This document shows positions 16,077-23,368 of a stretch of DNA of 32,000 bases, in pieces. Where the stretch lies: NCBI RefSeq assembly GCF_000189295.2, contig NC_016803.1, positions 3,826,581 through 3,858,580 on the forward strand, given 5' to 3'. How positions within the stretch are numbered: the first letter of the stretch is position 1; every line of letters starts with the position of its first letter. The notes beneath the pieces are model-generated. The model was not told where the DNA came from. It made no database searches and saw only the letters and a list, made by a program, of their open reading frames with translations. The translations under genes were made by a program, and so were the position numbers. This DNA comes from Pseudodesulfovibrio mercurii. GTDB lineage: Bacteria > Desulfobacterota > Desulfovibrionia > Desulfovibrionales > Desulfovibrionaceae.

Positions 16077-17270
16077 TTAGAGCTTCTCGCCGGTGATCTC
16101 TTCGTCGGTGAGGTAGCAGGCGGGGTCCTGGGCCCAGAAGTCGCCGTAGTAGGCCTCGGCCCGGGCGCGGAAGTTGCCGCCGCAGATGTTCAGGAAGCGG
16201 CATCCGGCGCAGCGGCCGCCCACATGGGGGCGCTTGTCCTTGAGCATGTGGAGCAGCTCGATCTTCGGGTCGGTCCAGATCTCGGAGAAGGGCCGTTCCA
16301 GGACGTTGCCGAAGGTGTGGTGGCGCATGAACTGGTCGGCGTGGACCTTGCCGTCCCAGGAGATGCAGCCGATGCCCCGGCCCGAGGAGTTGCCCTCGTT
16401 CCACTTGAGCAGTTCGAGCACCTCGGCGGCGCGCTCCGGGTCCTCCTTGAGGAGCCGGTAGTAGACCAGGGGGCCGTCGGCGTGGTTGTCCACGGTCAGG
16501 ACCTCCTTGGGCAGCCCCTTGTCGAACAGGGCGCGGGTGCGGTCCATGATCAGGTTGACCACGTCGCGGGTCTCCTGGTGGTTCAGGTCCTCGTTGATCA
16601 GCTCGGAGCCCCGGCCGGAGTAGACCAGGTGGTAGAAACAGATGCGCGGGATGTCCATCTGCTCGATGAGGTCGAACAGGTGGGGAATCTCCACGGCGTT
16701 GCGCTTGTTGATGGTGAAGCGCAGGCCGACCTTGAGGCCTTCGGCCTTGCAGTTCTCGACGCCCTGGAGGGCCTTCTTGTAGGCGCCCTTGACGCCCCGG
16801 AACTTGTCGTGGACCTCCTCGTTGCCGTCGATGGAGATGCCCACGTAGGACAGGCCGACTTCCTTGAGTTCCTTGGCCTTGGTCTTTGTGATCAGGGTGC
16901 CGTTGGTCGAGATGACCGCGCGCATGCCCTGGGTGGTGGCGTACTTGGCCAGCTCCACCAGGTCCTCGCGGACCAGGGGTTCGCCGCCCGAGAAGAGCAG
17001 GACCGGCGCGCCGAACTGCGCGAGGTCGTCGATCATCTCCTTGGCCTGATCCGTGGAGATGGGGTCCTTGTGCCCGCTCGGGTCGATGGCCTGGGCGTAG
17101 CAGTGGACGCATTTGAGGTTGCACCGCTGGGTCATGTTCCAGACCACGACGGGCTTCTTGTCCTTGGAGAATTGAAGCAGGTGGGACGGCAGCTGCCCGG
17201 ATTCGCGGTTGTAGCGCAGGGCGTCGGAAGCTTCCACGGCGCCGCAATACAATTTGGAAATGCCTATCAT
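16077..17270 (-). CDS. ahbC: Radical SAM enzyme of the alternative heme pathway (NirJ-like). Tentatively AhbC, the Fe-coproporphyrin III synthase.
   Basis: MIGISKLYCG...DALRYN N-terminus, CNLKCVHCY cluster motif, LLFSGGEPL and C-terminal CAGCRFLNICGG. ATG at 17270 with a GAGAGG RBS. The AhbC versus AhbD call is by recalled synteny only. Confidence 0.6.
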   Translation of the reverse strand: MIGISKLYCGAVEASDALRYNRESGQLPSHLLQFSKDKKPVVVWNMTQRCNLKCVHCYAQAIDPSGHKDPISTDQAKEMIDDLAQFGAPVLLFSGGEPLVREDLVELAKYATTQGMRAVISTNGTLITKTKAKELKEVGLSYVGISIDGNEEVHDKFRGVKGAYKKALQGVENCKAEGLKVGLRFTINKRNAVEIPHLFDLIEQMDIPRICFYHLVYSGRGSELINEDLNHQETRDVVNLIMDRTRALFDKGLPKEVLTVDNHADGPLVYYRLLKEDPERAAEVLELLKWNEGNSSGRGIGCISWDGKVHADQFMRHHTFGNVLERPFSEIWTDPKIELLHMLKDKRPHVGGRCAGCRFLNICGGNFRARAEAYYGDFWAQDPACYLTDEEITGEKL

Positions 17271-17330
17271 TAATATACCTCTCAGGTGAAATGAAGGTCT
17301 CTCAGGTAGCACACAAAATGCGCGGTGTAA

Positions 17331-17360
17331 AAGACGAAAAAAGAGGCCAGGTCCGGCCCC
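17331..17360 (-). terminator. Possible weak terminator after the OmpA-like lipoprotein gene
   Basis: On the minus strand a short GGCC-GGACCT-GGCC hairpin is followed by TCTTTTTTCGTCTTTT. The stem is only 4-6 bp. Confidence 0.35.
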
Positions 17361-17411
17361 CGTCGCGTGCCTGAAGGCGAAGATAAGAACTATTCCCGGA
17401 AAGTCAAGAAA

Positions 17412-18590
17412 TCATTGCAGGGCCTGGGCTGCGAGGCGAATCTCAACCCTTCGGTTTCGCTGTTGATCCGCTGCCGTGGTCCCCTCGGTCAGGGGGCGGG
17501 ATTTGCCGAAGCCCACGGCCTCGATGAGGTCCGGGTTGATGTGCCACTTGTCCACCAGATAGGACTTGACCGCCTCGGCCCGCTGCTTGGACAGGGTCAG
17601 GTTGTATTCGGCGCCGCCCGAGGCGTCGGTGTGTCCGCCCACGATGATGGAGCGGCCCTTGAACTCGGGCGAGTTCAGGGTCTCGCCCAGGGCGTCGAGC
17701 ACGGCCAGGGACGCGGGCTGGATGGTCGCCTTGTCGAAGTCGAACTGGATGTTCAGGTCCACGCCGGAGATGCCCGGGCGGGGCGCTTCGTCCTCGGCGG
17801 GTTCCTTCCTGGCGGCCGCGCCCTGGACCGGCTGTCCGGCGGGCGCTGCGGCCGGGGTTCCGGCGGTCTGTTCGGGCGGGAGGTCCCGCCCCTGCGCGGT
17901 TGCCGAAGGACCGGCCTCGAGCCCGGCCTTCACCGCCTCCGGGGTGGAGGCGTAGGGGTAGGTCGCGTCCGGGTCGGGCAGCCACGCCTTGAGGGGTACG
18001 GCCATGTCCCTGGCGATGGCCCGGATGATCTGGTCGAAGGGGCTGTGGGACATGCGCGTCTCGTGGACGAAGTAGATGAAGTCCTCGGGGTCGCGCTGCT
18101 CGATGCTGGCCGACTGGAGCATGGTCCAGAGGCGGGTGCCGCTGCCCGCGGCGAAGACGTCCACCTGGATGGTCACGGACGAGTCGTCCAGGGTGGTGCC
18201 GTCATAGAAGTAGGGCACCTTGCCCGTGACCAGCAGGTCCGCGCCGCGCCGCCGGGCCGTTTCCAGGGCCGAGGAATAGCCCTCGTAGCCGTAGCCCGGG
18301 GCCAGCTCCATGGTCGTGAACAGGCGCTCCTCGGTCCAGACGTTGAAGAATATCTGCGTGAAGGAGGCGGACAGGGCGGTGTGGTCCGAGTTCTCCTGCT
18401 GGATGATGAACGGGTGGAAGTAGGCGGTCAGGGGGGTGTACTGCTTGCCCTTGGGGTGCACGGCGACTTGGAGCGCCGATTTCCTGACGGGCGCGTCGGT
18501 GTAGACCTTGGTCTGGTCGGTCAGGGACAGGTCCACGTGAGAGCACGCGGCGATAGTCAGCAACAAGCTGAAAAGGAAAGCTTTTTTCAT
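17412..18590 (-). CDS. Lipoprotein with a C-terminal OmpA-family peptidoglycan-binding domain
   Basis: Signal peptide and lipobox MKKAFLFSLLLTIAAC. C-terminal OmpA_C motifs are GHTDASGGAEYNLTLSKQRAEAVKSYL and RRVEI, preceded by a Pro/Ala-rich linker. The listed 530-aa ORF adds an implausible Ser/Pro/Arg extension. Confidence 0.85.
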   Translation of the reverse strand: MKKAFLFSLLLTIAACSHVDLSLTDQTKVYTDAPVRKSALQVAVHPKGKQYTPLTAYFHPFIIQQENSDHTALSASFTQIFFNVWTEERLFTTMELAPGYGYEGYSSALETARRRGADLLVTGKVPYFYDGTTLDDSSVTIQVDVFAAGSGTRLWTMLQSASIEQRDPEDFIYFVHETRMSHSPFDQIIRAIARDMAVPLKAWLPDPDATYPYASTPEAVKAGLEAGPSATAQGRDLPPEQTAGTPAAAPAGQPVQGAAARKEPAEDEAPRPGISGVDLNIQFDFDKATIQPASLAVLDALGETLNSPEFKGRSIIVGGHTDASGGAEYNLTLSKQRAEAVKSYLVDKWHINPDLIEAVGFGKSRPLTEGTTAADQQRNRRVEIRLAAQALQ

Positions 18591-18693
18591 GTCATTCACC
18601 GGCTGATGGTTGATGCCGCCCCGGCCCTTCCGCCGGGTTTGCGACGGGGCCGGAATCCTCGGCGGGATCAGAGCAATATGTATGCCGGTAAAA

Positions 18694-19029
18694 CTACTGG
18701 AGGGTCTGGGTCGGCGAGGGCGCGGACTCGATGGACTCCAGGAGCTGCTCGCGCGACTCCTGGAGTCCCTGTCTGAGGAGCAGCTTCTTGCCGGTGGAGA
18801 GCTTCCGGAACTCGGGCCGGTCGGCCAGTTCCGAAAGCCGCTCCATCTCGACGATGACGCTGCGGATGAGCTTGTGGATGTCGCGCTCCTTCGGGTTGAG
18901 CTGGGAGGCGAGCAGGGCCAGGTCGCGGATCTCCATGGCCATGCGCTTGAAGGCGCGCGGGTCGGTCTGGCGGGCCAGCTTGCGGTGGGCCTTCCAGGTC
19001 TCAACCTTCCGTTTGAACCAGCCGATCAT
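18694..19029 (-). CDS. Small charged helical protein (111 aa), function unknown
   Basis: Balanced, non-repetitive composition (MIGWFKRKVETWKAHRKLARQTD...). Starts 10 nt after the upstream stop and is co-oriented in a gene string. I recognise no family. Confidence 0.55.
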   Translation of the reverse strand: MIGWFKRKVETWKAHRKLARQTDPRAFKRMAMEIRDLALLASQLNPKERDIHKLIRSVIVEMERLSELADRPEFRKLSTGKKLLLRQGLQESREQLLESIESAPSPTQTLQ

Positions 19030-19038
19030 GGACCCTCC

Positions 19039-20259
19039 CTAGACGGTCGGCATCTGGCCCTTGAGCATGAGCAGGGCCATGATCATGCCCAGCAGCAGGG
19101 GCAGCAGAAGCACGGGGATGACCTTGCCGTAGGTCGTCTTGTGAATGTATTTCAGGCCGATGGCGGTCAGGACCAGTCCCCACAGGGCGTAGAGGAACAT
19201 CCAGCCCGCCATGAACTCCACGGTGAACAGGGGGATGATCCCGGTCATCATGGGCGCGTAGGCGTAGGCCACGGCCCGGAAGGAGCCCTCGAACCCCTTG
19301 TCGCCCGCCTTGAGCACGCTGAGAATGGCGTGGTAGAACCCGGCGATGACGAACAGGGACAGGGCCACGAAGGCCGGGGTGAGCAGCAGCTCGAACAGGC
19401 CGTTGGTGGCGTCGTAGGGCACGGCCTGGAACCCCTGCCCGGAGACGTCCACGCCCGGCGTCAGCCCGACCACGCCCCAGGCGTACTGGGCCACGGTCTG
19501 GATCAGGGAGACCAGGATGGCGAAGGTCAGGGGCTTGGACAGCCCGTTGCCCACGGGCATGACCGAGAAGAACAGGCGCGGCGAGAACAGGACCAGCTTC
19601 AGGGTCAGGAACAGGCCGTGGAAGAAGCCGTAGCGGTCCAGCTGCTCGAAGGGCGGCGGCACCTGCATGGGGGCCTCGTCCTCGTCGTCGTTCAGGAACT
19701 CGTCCTGCATGGGATCGGGGAAGTCCTCGTTGAACTCGCCGGTCCAGCCGGGCACGGGCTGCTGGTCCCGGGCGGAACCCTGCCGCTCGTCGCGGGATTC
19801 GCCGAAGGGATCGCCGTAGCGCCCGTCTTCGGCCTCGTCCCTGGGCTCGTCGCGCACGGTGCGGGGCTTGTCGGGCGGGGTCATGGTGTGCAGCCGCTGC
19901 CACAGCTCGTCGCCGTTGCCCTTGTCCGGGTCGGGCAGGTCCGGGAAGGTCTTGTCCTCGGGCTCTTCGGCCCGCTCAGGATGTGGCGGGGCCGGGGGGC
20001 GCAGTCCGCTTCCTATCACGGGCGGGGTCCTGGTCTTGATCCGGGGGGCGGTGGCTTGGCGTGCGGCCGGTTCGGGTTCGGCGGCCGGTTTCGGGGCGGC
20101 GGCCTGTTCGGGCTCCTCAATGAGGAAGTCCTCTTCCGGCAGGTCGCGGAACTTGAACTTTGTCTGGCATTTCGGGCAGGTGGCCACCTGGGAGCGGGCG
20201 GGAATCTTGGTCTCGTCCACTTCGCGGGTGAACCTGCATTCTGGGCATGTTATCTGCAT
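19039..20259 (-). CDS. Membrane protein: N-terminal MJ0042-type zinc ribbon, Pro-rich acidic linker, C-terminal Yip1-like multi-TM domain
   Basis: MQITCPECRFTREVDETKIPARSQVATCPKCQTKFKF carries two CxxC pairs. Then come about 170 aa of low-complexity linker and about five hydrophobic helices (FFHGLFLTLKLVLFSP...). AAGGAA RBS. Confidence 0.75.
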   Translation of the reverse strand: MQITCPECRFTREVDETKIPARSQVATCPKCQTKFKFRDLPEEDFLIEEPEQAAAPKPAAEPEPAARQATAPRIKTRTPPVIGSGLRPPAPPHPERAEEPEDKTFPDLPDPDKGNGDELWQRLHTMTPPDKPRTVRDEPRDEAEDGRYGDPFGESRDERQGSARDQQPVPGWTGEFNEDFPDPMQDEFLNDDEDEAPMQVPPPFEQLDRYGFFHGLFLTLKLVLFSPRLFFSVMPVGNGLSKPLTFAILVSLIQTVAQYAWGVVGLTPGVDVSGQGFQAVPYDATNGLFELLLTPAFVALSLFVIAGFYHAILSVLKAGDKGFEGSFRAVAYAYAPMMTGIIPLFTVEFMAGWMFLYALWGLVLTAIGLKYIHKTTYGKVIPVLLLPLLLGMIMALLMLKGQMPTV

Positions 20260-20348
20260 TGTCGTTCCTTGAAGGACATGAATATCATCGATGATCGGTC
20301 GTATACATTTTGTAGGTCAGAATCAAGCGATCTGCAATGGGCGGCGCA

Positions 20349-21572
20349 TCAGGCCGGATTTTCCTCCAGCAGGAGCATGGACAGGGAACCCACCAGGAAG
20401 GTCGCCTCGGACAGCAGGGCGCGCGGGATGGTCGGGTAGTCGTCGCTGAGCACGTGGCGGATGCGGCCGCCCGAGGCCGCGTCGAACCGTTCGAGCTTGG
20501 CGGCCAGTGCGTCCGGGGACTTGCGCAGCCGACTGTAGTGCAGGATGGGCGCGTCCAGGACCAGGGCGGTGCGCCCGGTCACGCCGGTCAGCCGTTCGTG
20601 CACGGGCCGGGTGAAGCGCACGCCGTCCTCGTTGCGGAAGAGGCGCAGCTGCAGATCGGGCCACAGCCCGTAGCCCGCCTTGCAGCGGGTCTCGTCCGGG
20701 TAAAGGGTCATGCGCGGGAACCAGCAGGCGGTCAGCCGTTTCACCAGCATGCAGGCCGTGAGCAGCCCCCAGACGTCCTCGCTGAACCGCTCGTCGCCGT
20801 CCAGGAACAGGACCCAGTCGCCCTCGCAGTGGCCGAGCACGTGGTTGCGCTGGGCGGCGAAGTCGTCCAGGGGGCGGGCCAGGTGGCGCACCGGGGCGGC
20901 GCAGGCGATGTCCCGTTCGGGCACTGCCGCCGCGTCCCAGGCCACGACCACTTCCTTCACCCAGTCCGGGAACTGGGCGAAGAAGCCGTCGAGGTCCGGT
21001 TCGTCCGGGGCCAGGATCACGCCCACGGACAGGTCCGGGGCCTGGACGCCCACGTGGCTCAGATACGAGCTGTTGATGGCCTGGTGTGGTTTGGCGCTGC
21101 CGAACAGCCGTTGGAGATTGCGGTACCGGGCGCGTTCGTCCCCGTCCAGGGAGGGGTTCAGGGCCAGGGCCGCGTTGTCCGGGCGGACCCCGCTCATGGC
21201 CAGGACGTAGATGTGGGCCCAGGGCGAGGTGTCGGCCAGGACCAGGGTGCGCGCGTCCCGCCCGTTCCACTCGGGGTGGGCGGCCAGGAAGGCGCGGGCC
21301 GTGGCCGTGGCGGTCTCGCAGACGATGAGCCGGGCCGATTCCGGCAACCCGGCGGCCAGGGCCAGGGCGTGCTCGCCGTCACCCAGGCCGAACAGAACCA
21401 GGGTCTCGCCCCGGCTCTTGTCCAGGATGCGCAGGGAGCGCTCGGCAAAGGCGGCCGTTTCGGCGGGGTCGGCGGGGGCTGTGGCCGGGGGAGTGGGCGG
21501 CGCAACGGTCTCGTCCCGGAAACCGAAGGCCAGGACCGTGGCGGTATATTCCTTTATCAATGCGTTGTTCAT
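20349..21572 (-). CDS. Two-domain glycosyltransferase: unknown N-terminal module plus a GT2-like C-terminal domain
   Basis: GT-A-type features: VGVILAPDEPDLDGF..., DDFAAQRN and the DxD-like FLDGDERF. The ATG at 21572 overlaps the upstream stop as ATGA. The listed 581-aa ORF continues out of frame into the upstream gene. Confidence 0.7.
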   Translation of the reverse strand: MNNALIKEYTATVLAFGFRDETVAPPTPPATAPADPAETAAFAERSLRILDKSRGETLVLFGLGDGEHALALAAGLPESARLIVCETATATARAFLAAHPEWNGRDARTLVLADTSPWAHIYVLAMSGVRPDNAALALNPSLDGDERARYRNLQRLFGSAKPHQAINSSYLSHVGVQAPDLSVGVILAPDEPDLDGFFAQFPDWVKEVVVAWDAAAVPERDIACAAPVRHLARPLDDFAAQRNHVLGHCEGDWVLFLDGDERFSEDVWGLLTACMLVKRLTACWFPRMTLYPDETRCKAGYGLWPDLQLRLFRNEDGVRFTRPVHERLTGVTGRTALVLDAPILHYSRLRKSPDALAAKLERFDAASGGRIRHVLSDDYPTIPRALLSEATFLVGSLSMLLLEENPA

Positions 21573-22660
21573 TGCGTGATTCCTTTGCGTCGGAGCAGGT
21601 CCAGGTACACGGCCTCGAGCCTGCGGGCGATGGTCTGCATGCGGAACAGGCGCGCGGCCTTGTCCCGTCCGGCCCGGCCCATGCGCCGGGCCTCGTCCGG
21701 GTGGGAAAACAGGTAGTTGAGAGCCCGTGCATACTCTTCCGCGCTGCGGGCCACAAGCCCGGTGACGCCGTGCTCCACCAGTTCGAGCTGGGCGTTGTCG
21801 CGCATCCCCCGGCTCGGGTGGGTGACCACGGGCAGGCCGCAGGCCATGGCCTCGGCGATGGCCAGGCCGAAGGACTCGCCCGCGTCGTTGGCGTGGGCCA
21901 GGACCGAGACCCCGTCCAGGAAGGCGGCGATCCCGGCGTCGGTCTCCACCTGGTCGTGGAAAAGGACGTTGCGCTCCAGGCGGTGCGTGCGGACGAAGTC
22001 CACGGCCTCGGGGATGCCGCCGATGACGTGGTAGCGGAAGTCCGGCACGTCGCGCACCAGGCCGGGCAGGAAGTCCAGGGCGATGCGCGACCACTTGCCG
22101 GGATCGGGCCGGGAGATGCGTCCGGCCACGGGGCGGGAGAAGTCCCGGTCAGGGGCGGCGGTTCGGGCGAGGAAGTCCGTGTCCACGGGGTTGTAGAGCC
22201 AGCCGTAGCGGTCCGGGGAAAGGGGCTCGCCGAGCACGTGGGCGTAGCGGGCCAGGCAGAAGCGGGAGACGAACAGGGTGTGGTCGATGATCCCGGCCTG
22301 GGGACTGGGGTCGTCGCGGCCGAAGACGTTGGTCTCCACCACCACGGGCACACGGAAGCGCTTGAGGGGCACGAGCAGGTTCGGTTCGGGCCATCCGGCG
22401 CGGTGCAGGTGCACGATCTGCGGCCGGAAGCGCTTGAGCGTGTCGAGCAGGCTGGGGCCGATGTACGTGTCCACGCCCGCCGCGCGGATCTGCGCGGCGC
22501 GCGGCCCGTCCACCGGGCTGTAGACCGCCGGGGTGAACCGGGCCGGGTCGAGGTTGGTCACGAAGAGTTGCATGACCTTCTCCGTGCCGCCCAGGCCCAG
22601 GGATTTGATCACGTGGAGCACGCGCACAGGGGATGCAGTCATGGCGGCAAGGTGACACAT
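21569..22660 (-). CDS. GT-B glycosyltransferase (GT4 / Glycos_transf_1 type)
   Basis: N-terminal VLHVIKSLGLGGTEKV and the C-terminal E-x7-E-like region GESFGLAIAEAMACGLPVV. The start is uncertain between 22660 and 22642. Confidence 0.8.
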   Translation of the reverse strand: MCHLAAMTASPVRVLHVIKSLGLGGTEKVMQLFVTNLDPARFTPAVYSPVDGPRAAQIRAAGVDTYIGPSLLDTLKRFRPQIVHLHRAGWPEPNLLVPLKRFRVPVVVETNVFGRDDPSPQAGIIDHTLFVSRFCLARYAHVLGEPLSPDRYGWLYNPVDTDFLARTAAPDRDFSRPVAGRISRPDPGKWSRIALDFLPGLVRDVPDFRYHVIGGIPEAVDFVRTHRLERNVLFHDQVETDAGIAAFLDGVSVLAHANDAGESFGLAIAEAMACGLPVVTHPSRGMRDNAQLELVEHGVTGLVARSAEEYARALNYLFSHPDEARRMGRAGRDKAARLFRMQTIARRLEAVYLDLLRRKGITQ

Positions 22661-22725
22661 GCCGCATGTGTTGTAAACGTCCGTCTATGATGCAATGGAA
22701 ACGGCCCCTTGCGGGGCCGTTTGCG

Positions 22726-23355
22726 TCACCGGTTGGCGTTGTTGTAGGCGTTGGCCGCGCGGAACTTGGCCGCCGCCGCGCCGCTGCGCAACGGGGCGGG
22801 CGAGACCGGCGCCGCGGGCTGGGGCGCGGGCTGGGCCGCCGGTTTCGCGGCGGGCTTGGCCTGCTGGACCGGCCGGGCCTGCTGCGGGGGGACCTGTGCG
22901 GGCATGACCGGGGGCGCCGGGGGGACCGGCGGGGCAACGGGCCGGGGGGCGCCCATGGACACGGTGTCGCCGGGAGCCGCCTTGCCGTCGTGTATGGGCA
23001 CGATCTGGGCGTAGGCCGAGCGCAGGCCGTCCAGGATCTTGATGACGTCGTCGATCATCCGGTTGTCCAGGCGGATATTGGCCTTGACCAGCTGGGTGGT
23101 GCAGAACATGTACAGCTGGCCGAGCTTGGGAGTGATCTCCCCGCCCTTTTCCTTGTTCAGGCTCTCGGACAGCTCATGGATGATCGCCATGGCCTTGGAT
23201 ATGTAGATGCCCTTCTTGGCATAGTCCCTGTTGTCGATTTCCCGCTTCGCCTGCTTGAGGAACTTGATCGCCGCCTCATAGAGCATGAGGAGCAGTTCCC
23301 CCTGGGTGGTGGTTTCGATCTGGGTCGCCAGGTATGCCTTCGCTGGGTTGGCCAT
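22726..23355 (-). CDS. fliS: Flagellar export chaperone FliS with a C-terminal Pro/Ala/Gln-rich extension of about 85 aa
   Basis: The FliS core is AYLATQIETTTQGELLLMLYEAAIKFLKQA...GGEITPKLGQLYMFCTTQLVKANI. ATG at 23355 lies 6 nt after GAGGAG; the listed start at 23358 is TTG. Sits directly downstream of fliD. Confidence 0.85.
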   Translation of the reverse strand: MANPAKAYLATQIETTTQGELLLMLYEAAIKFLKQAKREIDNRDYAKKGIYISKAMAIIHELSESLNKEKGGEITPKLGQLYMFCTTQLVKANIRLDNRMIDDVIKILDGLRSAYAQIVPIHDGKAAPGDTVSMGAPRPVAPPVPPAPPVMPAQVPPQQARPVQQAKPAAKPAAQPAPQPAAPVSPAPLRSGAAAAKFRAANAYNNANR

Positions 23356-23368
23356 CAATTACTCCTCG

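Noticed and set aside
15516-17273. 585-aa plus-strand ORF opposite hemB and the ahbC-like gene. Similar long antisense ORFs occur at 10370-11845, 18610-20439, 20337-21716, 21560-22690 and 23285-25141.
   Set aside because: All are opposite genes with strong family signatures and translate to repetitive G/A/V/D/R/H-rich sequence without motifs.
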